The translations under genes were made by a program, and so were the position numbers. DNA of 63,947 bases, counting the filler, from Octopus bimaculoides (Eukaryota): the NCBI RefSeq assembly GCF_001194135.2. It is 6 parts of 6 records of this genome, joined end to end, with 100 filler letters (N's around TTAATTAATTAA, not from the genome) between each part and the next. Parts side by side here need not be neighbours in the genome. Positions count along the whole stretch, not along the records: positions 1 to 26,703 come from NC_068996.1; positions 26,804 to 48,643 come from NC_068989.1; 4 more parts are not named here. The stretch is one strand, 5' to 3'. Under the pieces are notes generated by a model. The model was not told the origin of the DNA. It was given only the letters and a program-made list of their open reading frames with translations, and did no database searches. The stretch's first letter is position 1. Each line of letters opens with the position of its first letter. Below are positions 22,138 through 33,231 of this stretch, in pieces.

Positions 22138-23690
22138 GAGGAACGCATTATTTATTATATATAGATAAAACAGTTCTACATGTAGTAAAAGCTAGAAATA
22201 AAAATCTATCAATATCATGGACAGATTATAGGAAAGCCTATGACATGATCCCACACTTTTGGATAAGTAAATGTCTGAGTATATTCAGTATAGCAGACAA
22301 CATAAGAGAATTAATTAGCTTTAGCATGAAGAAACGGAAAGTAAATCTCTACTCTGGTGACACATTCTTAGGGAAAGTTAATATAAAAAGAGAAATTTTC
22401 CAAGGGGACTTGTTGTCCCCTTTAATATTTGTCTTATGTTTGATCCCATCAGTTTAAGTGTTGAGGAAGGCAAAGGTAGGGTATCAGTTCAGAAATAGTA
22501 AGGGAAGGATCAACCATTTGCTCTACATGGATGATCTGAAGCTTTTTGGTAAGAATGAAAAAGAGATAGATTCCTTGATATAAACTGTAAGACTCTTCAT
22601 CAAAGATATAAGCATAGAATTTGGCATAGATAAATGTGCAATATTAGTGATGAGAAGGGGACAGGTAGTCAACAGTGAAGGCACCCAGTTACCAGATGGT
22701 CAGACATTAAATCATTGAAAGGAGGAGAGAGTTATAAGTGTATAAGAGTATTAGAATCTGACAGAGTACTAACTACAGAAATGAAAAGGAAAATTGAGAA
22801 GGAATGAATTAGAAGGGCGAGGAAGCTAATTAAGTCAAAGCTAAAAGGTCCGAATCTAGTGAAGGCTGTAAATACTTGGGAAGTATCATTACTTAGATAC
22901 TCAGCAGCTTTTGTAGATTGGACAAAAACTGAATTAGCAAAGCTAGTTAGAAGAACTAGGAAGGAATTTGATATGGATGGAGGACTCCACCCAAGAGTAG
23001 GAGTAGCAAGAAAGGAAGGAGGAAGAGGGTTAATATCAGTAGAAGACCACATTAGATATAGACTCCTATGTAGGTAATAGTGAAGAAAGTTTATTGAAAG
23101 CTGCTAGAGTGACAGCAAGATATAGGGAAACCAAAGACATTTGCAGCAAATAGTAGTAGTGAGACATGGTTATGGTAGCAGAATGGAAGGCTGAAGAGGG
23201 AGACAGAAAGTTTGTTAGTAGCTGCACAAAATCAATCATTTAGGACTAATTGGATAAAAGCCAAGATAGACAAAAACAAAGTAGATTCTCAATGTAGGTT
23301 ATGGAAATCAAAAGAGGAAAACGTTACTCATATAGAAAGTGAATGTTGCATGCTGGCACAGAAAGAATACAAGAAAAGACATGACAACCTAGGGAGAGTA
23401 ATCCACTGGGAGTTATGTAGAAAGCTAGGATTTGAACATACTGATAAATGGTATGAACATGAACAGAGTAAAGCATTAGAAAGTAAGAAATATAAGATGT
23501 TGTGGGACTCAGACTGCGAGACTAAAAGAAACTTGAAGGCTTGATTTAGTAGTTGTAGATAAAGAGATTAGAAAGTGCCAAGATAATAGCAAAGCACCAG
23601 GACCTATTCATTGACTTACAGAGGCTATGGAAAGTGTAGGTAAAATGTATCCCAGTATTTAGAGGTGTTTTGTGGTTATATATAGTCAGT
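22138..23690 (+). mobile_element. R4/Dong element (I): RT to RLE
   Basis: It reads DYRKAYDMIPH, IKREIFQGDLLSPL, HLLYMDDLKLF, GGRGLISVED and CRLWKSKEENVTHIESECCMLAQKEYKKRHDN. Confidence 0.85.
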
Positions 23691-24094
23691 ACCAGGTGTT
23701 GATGTGGCTGCGTGTATATTATTACAAGAGTTCATATTGATATGAGGAATACATTCAAGGACTATATATTTATTACATAAAAATATATTTTATTTAGTGG
23801 TCGATGATGATACATAATCAAAACGTAGAATCTACGTTTCGATTATGAAATTTCAGAGATAGGAAATATAATAGAAATAACAACTAAGTGGTGGCGTTCA
23901 GTCATGTGGCGTAGAGAAATAGACGGACATCGCAATGACGTGAATGGCTCAGAGTCTAATCGGTTAGCAAGCTGTTTTTATTAATGGAACACTAGACATT
24001 CTAGGAACATCCAAGAGCTTCTTGAATAATTAAGAATCCCGTCTTATGACACAGATTCTTCGAGAAACTCAGAAAGGGAGGTTACTCTATAATC

Positions 24095-24240
24095 TTTCTT
24101 GCAAGGGAGCTCATTCAACTATCTAGCTACCGCTACAGGTGCATTGGGAACGATCCCTAAAGATTTGAACAAATGGATAGAGGAAATAGACATTAAACCC
24201 AGTTTAGTACAGCTCCAGAAAACAGTATTAATAGGGATAG
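24095..24240 (+). mobile_element. R4/Dong C-terminal fragment (J)
   Basis: It reads GALGTIPKDLNKWIEEIDIKPSLVQLQKTVLIG. Confidence 0.7.
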
Positions 24241-24384
24241 AGGAGGAGGAGGACCTAAAGAAGATGGACAGGAAACTGACCGTACATTTTTTTTTACTTC
24301 CATGTTTTTTCTTTTTTTTTTGTTCATTTCTTATTTAAATTTTTCTTTAGTTACAAAATTTTCAGTTTTGATGACGCCGGCCTT

Positions 24385-25870
24385 CTTTCGGTGTTTCAAC
24401 AGTGGCTCCGCGGCATTTTTTTCATATACCACCTTAGGCTGTTTTCCTCTGCTTTGATACAGTCCTGGAAACTGATAAAACCTCTCCCACCCTTTCTTCT
24501 GGATAAGTACAGCCTATCGGTGTCACTCCTAGGGTGGAAGGATCCGTGTACTGTTAACATTTTTCTGGTTTTGGTATCCATTTTCTTCATTTCTCTCAAC
24601 ACCAACCTCAGTCTTCGGAAATACTCCATCCTCAGTTGCTCTTTCATTTCCTTTTCCATTATCTTGTTGAACTCTAGTACACCAGGGTATTTGTATCCGT
24701 CTGTTTCAATTTGTTTAATCAAGTCTCTATTCGGTAATTCTATTCCTGCTAGGAACTGCACCTTGCCTCTATTTTGGTAGATATTCCACACTTCTTGAGT
24801 CCAAATTCCATTTTAATATCAGTACTAAAATGATGGACCGTGTTCACTGAGGAACTCACTTGTATCTCATCTTTGCCATAAAGTTTCAAATCATTCATGA
24901 AGAGGAAATGGTTGATTATTTGGGATTTTCCCTTTCGTTGGTACCCCAGGTACATTTTCTAGAGTGCCAAGGTCAGGGTATCATGCAGAGAACAAAAAGC
25001 AACGGAGATAGGCTGTCACCCTGGAAAATTCTTTTTCTGATACATACCCACGGTGCCCAAGCCTTTTCCGTAAGATGTCAGTTTAATTTTCCATCCCACC
25101 ATATTTTCCTTCAGGAAATACGTTACATTCCTCGGAATTCCAAACAACTCTAAGCACTCGATGATCCACGAATGTGGAATCATCATAAGCTTTGCGATAA
25201 TAAATCCAGGCCATTCCTAAGTTCGTTCTCCTTCGTTTACAATCTTGAATTACCATTTAGTCTACCAATAGTTGATCTTTGATACGTCTGCATCTCCTTC
25301 TACAACCTTTTGGTTCCAATGGTAATATATCGTTCTCATCAAGAAATTTATACAGTTCTTCTGCAATTCCTCCTGACAGTAACTTCCATATTAACGGGAA
25401 GCAGGATATTGGTCTGTAATTGTCAGCAGCATTTCCCTTTGATGCATCCTTCAGACACCACATTGTTCGTCCTTTTGTCAGCCTGCCCGGGATTTCATTT
25501 TCTCGATTGATTAATGCTTTAAATTGTTCTGCGATCAATTTATGGCAACTGCTCAACTTTTTTAATCCAAAATCCCTGCACACCATCAGGTCCTGTTGCT
25601 TTCCAATTGCTTATCTGTTTACTCATATTTCTGATACTGTCTTCTGTGAAGTGGTTAAAAAGCTGGGGATAAGAAGCTGCAGTATTATGTTGTTCTTGCT
25701 TATTCCATATTTTATTCCCAAAACAGTCGACTTTCATCAGCATCAGGGACTAATCTTTCACGTCTTTTATCGTCATTAATCTCTTGATAAAATCTTTTTG
25801 GGTCGGTTTTAAACAATTCATTTTACTGGTATTGCTTAATCCTAGTTTGTTCAAATCTAGTTAGCTTTGC
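24385..25870 (-). mobile_element. R4/Dong element (K): pre-RT region, RT and thumb
   Basis: It reads [41 protein letters not shown] and HPRSDTDRLYLSRRKGGRG. Confidence 0.85.
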
Positions 25871-25899
25871 CTTTTCTGAATGTATGCGCTGCTTCAGTT

Positions 25900-26703
25900 C
25901 TTCAGACTGGAATAGACTGGACCAAAAACGAAATAAAGAAACTTAACAGAAAAACTAGGAAGTTGATGACGACGTATTAAGCCCACTATCCGAAAGCTGA
26001 TATCAACCGGCTGTACTTGGGGAGAGACTAGGGGTGGAAGAGACTTAACAACAGTAAAAGAATATGTACAGATGGAAAGTAAAAGTCTAGTAGAGTATTT
26101 ACAGAACAGCACAGACAAACTAATAAAGACAATAAAAAGCAGATGATGAAGCGCGTAAGAGGAGAAAAGGACAAGAATGAAATACAAAGAGAGCACGGCA
26201 GACAGATTGAAGAGAAACCTCTGCATGGCTAATTTTTGAAAGCCACTGAAGACGTATGTGGGACAAAATCCTGGGCTAGTTTAAAAAAAGGGGCAATTAA
26301 AAAAAGAAAAAGAAACAAAGAGCCTAATTGTAGTAGCCCAAGATCAAGCGATAAAAACAAACAACTTGAGAAAAAGTATATATGGAGAGAATGTGTCAGA
26401 AAAATGTAGAGACTGTAGAACTTGGAACAAGATAGTGGAACACATTGTAGCAGAATGCCACGAGTTGGCACAGGAAGAATATAAGAAATGAAGGCATGAC
26501 CAGGTTCTAAAAGTTTTGCACTGGAAACTGTGCCAGAAATGGGGATTTGAAGCTGGAAACACCTGGGACAATCATCGAGTCGAAAGAGTTCTGGAGTCAG
26601 AGAAATGTAAGATTTTGTGCGACTTTTAAATTCAAACGGACAATAAGTTAGAAAATAATAGACCAGGCATAACAATCATAGATAAAGAAAATTGAAGTTA
26701 CTT
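25900..26703 (+). mobile_element. R4/Dong element (K2): thumb, knuckle and RLE start
   Basis: The plus strand reads IDWTKNEIKKLNRKTRKLM, KADINRLYL, HIVAECHELAQEEYKK and LHWKLCQKWG. It is head-to-head with K. Confidence 0.75.
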
Positions 26704-26803
26704 NNNNNNNNNNNNNNNNNNNNNNNNNNNNNNNNNNNNNNNNNNNNTTAATTAATTAANNNNNNNNNNNNNNNNNNNNNNNNNNNNNNNNNNNNNNNNN
26801 NNN
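26704..26803. other. Artificial 100-bp scaffold spacer N44-TTAATTAATTAA-N44 (also at 48688, 54970, 59339 and 62446)
   Basis: The same 12-mer, which gives stops in all six frames, is centred in identical 44-N flanks five times. Confidence 0.92.
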
Positions 26804-26894
26804 ATATATATATACATCTAAATCCGTATTTAGGAGACGAGAAGGTAAATTTCAACGCAGTTATGCTGTAAGAAAAACAGATAAACAATTAGTT

Positions 26895-27610
26895 TTTACT
26901 CTTATGAGACGGGGAAAAAATATTGTCAGAAGGCAACCATAGGAACTCGAACCCATACCCCTCACACACCCTCTCTAACTGTTAAGCTAAATGGGTCCCC
27001 TGCAACACGTAGGGTCAAATTTAAGCTTAATTGTAGTTTTAGAACGTGTCAATATTTTACAAAGAAATTTTGGAACCGTCGAATGTATTTCGCATTTTGC
27101 AGACAAGAGAAAATTTCTAACGCAATACAGCTGTGAAAACAGTAGAGAAAGATTCGGTATTTAAAGTTAAATGACGAAAATAATTGCCAGAAGACGACTG
27201 TGGGACTCGAGCACATAGCCCCGGGATATTGCCTAGTATGTGTGTTGCTGACAAGCATATGGTAGTATTTTGTAACCGGTATCTGAGGGGCAGAGTTTCG
27301 AGTTTGCAGCCAATTTCTGGAAAATTTTTCCACTTATTAGGGTAAATACTGAATTTTCCTCTATTGTCCATACTGCTTTACAGTGTTCGAAATTTAATTT
27401 CTCGCCTGCAAAACACCAACCACATTCGACGCTTCCAGAATGTCTTTGTAAAATGACGTCGCATTCGAAAGCTATAATTTTGTATTAAATTTCATGGTAG
27501 TTGTTTTCGGAGACCTTTTAGTCTAATGGCTAAAACACTGAGTTGGTATATGAGGGTTATGTGTTCGAGAGCCGTAGCCAACGTCTGGCCATATTTTTAT
27601 CTTATAAGGT
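26895..27610. repeat. Long inverted repeat (arms of about 250 bp) with tRNA-like A/B-box heads at the outer ends
   Basis: The reverse complement of 26895-27150 aligns along its whole length with 27369-27610, for example acattcgacggttccaaaatttctttgtaaaat vs acattcgacgcttccagaatgtctttgtaaaat. B boxes are GGTTCGAGTTCC and GTGTTCGAGAGCC. Confidence 0.7.
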
Positions 27611-27957
27611 TAAATACCCAATTTTTCTTTGCACCGACCATGATACAAATTTGCATAACCAACAGTTAGATACAAGTTTGCATATCCGCAGTTGAAACAC
27701 CTGTAGGTCCGGAAAATCATATACAACAAAAACTTTTAAATAAAATTGACAACAGGTTTGGGTGTTTACATCAAAGTAACTAGCAGTCCAGCAAAAAACA
27801 CCGATATCATAATTACTGAAGTCAATTCGTTCGAATAAAATTCTTCAAAGCGGTGTCGCAACATGCCCGCAGTCTAATGACTGAAACGGATAGAAGATGT
27901 ACATATGTGTGTGTGCTTGTGTGTGTATACATCTATACATACACTCACACACACACA

Positions 27958-27999
<42 letters not shown>

Positions 28000-28046
28000 T
28001 ACATATATATATATATGTTGTCAATTTTATATATATATATATATAT

Positions 28047-28165
28047 GTTGCAGGGGACCCGTTGCAGGGGACCCAGTTTAATAGTTCGAGAGGGTGTGTG
28101 AGGGGTATTGGTTCGATTTCCTATAGCCGCCTACTGACATTTTCCCAGTCTCATAAATTCCTGTA
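28047..28165 (+). mobile_element. Short tRNA-like SINE/MITE (family 3) with a 14-bp head duplication
   Basis: GTTGCAGGGGACCC occurs twice (28047-28074). The copy is homologous to the reverse complement of 26895-27006 and is flanked by (TA)n. Confidence 0.7.
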
Positions 28166-28494
28166 TATATATATATTTATTTTGTGTGAGTGTGTGTGTG
28201 TGTGTGTATGCATAAAATGAGCGAGGTATAAAAAGGAATTCATGAGACTGTATTCAAAAAACACTACGATCGTTTCGACACACAATGCTCTGCTACCTTA
28301 CACCTGTGATGCTGTACACACATCTTGCACGCATCATATGTCCGGATGCATCACGTCGGGTGTCTTTTCAAAAGGACCGTCGATTTTTACTTGCCGTTTA
28401 CGATACTACTATAACAATTATTTTTGGTTTGTGTAGCATACTATCCGTAACATTCGCAAGCTTACCATTGCGTTTATCACCAATATTTCGATGA

Positions 28495-28690
28495 GGCCCT
28501 TACGATAGCTGGTTTCGGAGCTATTTTTAAAGGTTGGACTACTGCAATTCTCAGCGATATCTGTTCGGTGGTCAAAGTAAATGGCCACCATCTATCGGAC
28601 TCATGTATCACTGCACCTCCGGTCTGTGAAATATGCGCATTCTCGCGCCATCTCTACGTGTTGGCAGCCCTTGATCCATTACTGTAATAC
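28495..28690 (+). mobile_element. L1/Tx1-like RT fragment
   Basis: It reads AGFGAIFKGWTTAILSDICSVVKVNGH...LYVLAALDPLL, the segment around the L1/Tx1 QGCPLSP motif, which is degenerate here. Confidence 0.6.
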
Positions 28691-29264
28691 TAGTGAAATA
28701 GGGGAACAAGAATTAATCTGTGGAAGTGAATCACAGAAAATGTTAACAAGAGTTGGGAAATATTTCAGGGGACATTTCAGGGAAACTCACTGTTTCCCTT
28801 ACATATAGTGAATAATTTAATATCATTGACAACTATGTTGAATACAGGCCTGTCAGTGACCATGTTAAAACCAGATTAAAATATATCTATAAAATGTGGG
28901 TAAACTGAAACTATAAATCATAAATTAAATAAAAATAGGAAGCTGCTCAAAATACACAACCCGCACCACCCTCAAAGGAATAGCGACAGGCTCTACTTAT
29001 CATGAAAGGGAGAAAACATCGATTTTCGAAACACAGGAGACGCCATTTTGAGAAACCAGATTGTAAATACAAACTACGTACCAGATAGTGAAGGAAAGAA
29101 TATTATCTGCGGCCAGAAATATAGAAGTCACAGAAACAGACAATTTAACAATAGAAAGAAAAAGAAGGTAAATAGCTGTGAAGAAATAATTGCACGGCGA
29201 ATTCATACAACAGATAAATGACGTATAATGTAAAAAAAAACACTAGTCACCGCAGCTTTGAAGT

Positions 29265-31985
29265 AATGCCTTCTCATGTGACTCAAAGAGGCAATACTCT
29301 CCTTAGAATGTGAGCTGCACCCAACAATACTGTCTTCTGGATCACGTCGAGCCTGACCGCAGCTCCAATATTCATAATATGTTTTTCATAGCCCATGGAA
29401 GCTGCTCCTAATGCTGCAATTATCACCGGTATCAATATTACTTTCCTCATGCCCCATAACCCGTCCCGCAGTGGCTGGTATTTCTCAATCTTTTCTGCTT
29501 TCTTACATTTCACTCTCAAATTGCCTGGTATTGCAACATCCGTTATCATTACTTCTTTTTCATCTTTATGGATGAGTAAGAACATTTTGTAACGTTCATT
29601 TTCCATTACTCCCTCTGGCATGTGTTCAAACCATCGTTCGGCTCTCTCAAGGCTTGCTTTACCGCACAACAGCCAGTGGACATATCTGGCCACATTGTCG
29701 TGTCTCATTTTAGGATCGATGTGTGCGATCTTACTACACTCACTAACAATATGGCTTATGCTTGCTTTCTCCCATCTCAGAGAACATCCTATACCGTGGT
29801 GAGTCAGTGCTTTTATCAATGTGATATTTACAGATGTTAGTTCTGAAATCTTGTTCTTGTGCGCTGCACAATACTGCCTCAGAGGGCCCTTTTAAGTCTC
29901 CTTTCTGTAGTTATTGCCAGGTTATATTCCTATCAATCTCATTCCTATTCTTCAAGAACTGACAGTGCATTTTCTTGTCCTGCCAAATTTTCTTAATCTT
30001 CTCTTTTTCTGATCTTTCTCAAATGGTGTTGGATCTACGGCTTCGTTCACTTTTAAGATTCTCTGCATTTTCACTGATTCAATCATTTCTGATTTACTCC
30101 CCTTGACATACCAAGCCAGGCTATCCTCTCCATCCTTTACACAGCATTTACATAAAACTAATCCACGTCCTCCTTCCTTCCACTTTACACACCAGCTTGA
30201 CACATCGCTCTTGGGATGTAATTCCTTGTTCATTGCCATTAATTTACGTGTTCTCCGGTTTATCTCACGTATTTCATGCTTCTTCCTAGATACCATTCCT
30301 GACCTATATCTCATCAAAGCGACAGCCCACGTGTTAAATGCTCTAACCATATAGCGGTCATTTAGCTTCGATAGGAGCACAAGTCGAGTTCTCGTGAAGT
30401 ACACTTTACTGTACATTTCTTTCATCCTGTGTTCATTCATCTTAACTCATTCAATGATACCCATGTATTTTTATCCTTCTTCTCCGGCATCCTTTATAGT
30501 TTCACCACTCTCCAACTTGATCATGTGACTTTTCTTGATTTTCCCACTTTTAAAAATCATTACACCACATTTCTCGATCCCAAATTCCATGCCAATACAT
30601 TTGCTAATCATCTGCATAGTTGCCATCAAACAATTTCTTTCTCAGTTTTACCGAATAGCTTTAGATCATCCATAAAACACAGGTTGTTTACTTTCACCCT
30701 GCCTAGCATGTATACCACAGGCATCTTCCTTAAAACGTTCGTTAGTAGCAGTATTCAGACAACAAATAGGGGAGGTGACACACTGTCACCTTGAAAGACT
30801 CCGCTTTTGATATTTACCTCTCCTAGCTTATCTCCCCATGTTGTGAATTCAGTTTGCCACATTATCATTGACTTTTGTATTAACTTCAGGATATCGTGTG
30901 AGACCTTATGCAGTTTAAGGCATTCCACGAGTGTGGGATCATGTGATATGCTTTCCTGTAATCCACCCATATCATCGCCAAATGTTTGTGTCTCTTCTTG
31001 CACTCAGCCAGAACAGTCTTATCGATTAGTAATTGATCTTTCGTTCCTCTGCTCTTACGTCTTGAACCTTTTTGTTCAACTAGTAGTAGCTCGTTCTCGC
31101 CTAGGTAATTGTAGATGCTATTTGATATGATGCCCGTCATCAGTTTCCACATCAGTGGCAAACAATATATTACTCGGAAATGTCCAACCGCATTCCCTTT
31201 ACTTAGGGTCCTTCTGGCATAGTACCGTTCTTCCTTTTGTCATCGGTACTTGGATGTTACTACTAAGTATTTCCTCCAGATATCTCGCATCCTCTTGACA
31301 AGATTTTAAACTAAAATCCCTGTCCAAAATCTGTCAAGATTTTAAACCAAAATCCCTAGACCTCATTTGGGCAAGGCATTTTCCAGTTAGAAATTTTCCT
31401 ACACTAATCTCTAATCATCTCCTCTTTGAGTGTCTTTAATAATTCTGCTTCAATTTTGTGTTGTTTTTCCTGAGACAATGTCTAACCAGAATCGTTTGCT
31501 TTCTTCAGCATCCGGTACGGCCTTTTCACCTTTTTCTTTCCCATCCAGTTCCTGACACACGCGTTTCTGATTTAGATCGAAAGTCTGTTGAATCTATACT
31601 GCTCAATTCTCTGTTCATATCACTTTAATTAACGTGCTTTAGATTTCAACCTCTGTTTTAATTCCTCAATCAATACATTGATTCCCATTTCTATTCACCC
31701 TATACTTCCTCTCTAGCTCAACATATTTTTCTCACTGAACTTCATTTCTCTTTATGCCATTTTAGAACATTAATATGCTTTCTTCTCACGTTAATAGACT
31801 GCGTTATTCACCTTTTCCACCATGGTTCTTACAGGTTATGCTGACATTTACCTTTGAATTTCAAGCCTAAAGTCTGGGATATAAAGATGAAGATTGTATT
31901 TATCAGATTGTTGGTGTCTGTGATGTTGTCAGTCCTGATATCACCAATGATATCATTTATCTTCCTGACCCATTCATTGAGTTTC
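29265..31985 (-). mobile_element. R4/Dong element (L), 5'-truncated, from N-terminus to 3'UTR
   Basis: ORFs are 30886..31161 ([26 protein letters not shown]), 30755..31003 (GVFQGDSVSPPLF), 29952..30440 and 29283..29819 (HIVSEC...RHDNV, DVAIPG, GAAHILRRVLPL). Confidence 0.9.
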
Positions 31986-32010
31986 TTTCTGTGTTATTAT
32001 TATTATTATT

Positions 32011-32285
32011 GTTCAGTAGTTTTATTTTTATAACGTGCTTTCACTTCACTACCGAGCGCAGCTCTGTGCGCCTTGGGTATGTGCTGTGGTTTGCTGTGGT
32101 GCTCTTATGTTTACTGTATTGAAAGTGTTTTGCGTAGAATGTGTGCAGTACCCAGTAGTGCAATTTTCTGTATGTTATATATATTTGTAAGTCCTGGTGT
32201 TTTTTTTAGTTATTTATTTGTCTGAATATTTTTTTATTATACCTAAGGCACCTACTATGATAGGAATTGTTTCTGTTTTTAGATT
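32011..32285 (-). mobile_element. R4/Dong young family Y, 3' end
   Basis: Its reverse complement matches 21850-22116. (TTA)n flanks it at 31994-32010. Confidence 0.9.
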
Positions 32286-33040
32286 NNNNNNNNNNNNNNN
32301 NNNNNNNNNNNNNNNNNNNNNNNNNNNNNNNNNNNNNNNNNNNNNNNNNNNNNNNNNNNNNNNNNNNNNNNNNNNNNNNNNNNNNNNNNNNNNNNNNNNN
32401 NNNNNNNNNNNNNNNNNNNNNNNNNNNNNNNNNNNNNNNNNNNNNNNNNNNNNNNNNNNNNNNNNNNNNNNNNNNNNNNNNNNNNNNNNNNNNNNNNNNN
32501 NNNNNNNNNNNNNNNNNNNNNNNNNNNNNNNNNNNNNNNNNNNNNNNNNNNNNNNNNNNNNNNNNNNNNNNNNNNNNNNNNNNNNNNNNNNNNNNNNNNN
32601 NNNNNNNNNNNNNNNNNNNNNNNNNNNNNNNNNNNNNNNNNNNNNNNNNNNNNNNNNNNNNNNNNNNNNNNNNNNNNNNNNNNNNNNNNNNNNNNNNNNN
32701 NNNNNNNNNNNNNNNNNNNNNNNNNNNNNNNNNNNNNNNNNNNNNNNNNNNNNNNNNNNNNNNNNNNNNNNNNNNNNNNNNNNNNNNNNNNNNNNNNNNN
32801 NNNNNNNNNNNNNNNNNNNNNNNNNNNNNNNNNNNNNNNNNNNNNNNNNNNNNNNNNNNNNNNNNNNNNNNNNNNNNNNNNNNNNNNNNNNNNNNNNNNN
32901 NNNNNNNNNNNNNNNNNNNNNNNNNNNNNNNNNNNNNNNNNNNNNNNNNNNNNNNNNNNNNNNNNNNNNNNNNNNNNNNNNNNNNNNNNNNNNNNNNNNN
33001 NNNNNNNNNNNNNNNNNNNNNNNNNNNNNNNNNNNNNNNT

Positions 33041-33083
33041 TCTTCTTCTTCTTCTTCTTCTTCTTCTTCTTCTTCTTCTTCTT

Positions 33084-33114
<31 letters not shown>

Positions 33115-33135
33115 TTTGTTAGGTAGATTGATTTC

Positions 33136-33176
<41 letters not shown>

Positions 33177-33231
33177 GCTATGATTGTTGTTGTAATTACT
33201 ATTATTAGTGTTGTTGTTGTTGTCGTTGTTG
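33041..33231. repeat. Compound (CTT)n, (TTA)n, (TTG)n microsatellite
   Basis: Read directly from the sequence. Confidence 0.95.

Noticed and set aside
26748-26759. Palindromic TTAATTAATTAA recurring five times
   Set aside because: It is always centred between 44-N flanks (100 bp total). This is an assembly spacer, not biology.
27505-27600. Possible tRNA gene
   Set aside because: A/B boxes are present, but I could not build an acceptor stem or cloverleaf. It is homologous to the SINE-like heads at 26895 and 28047.
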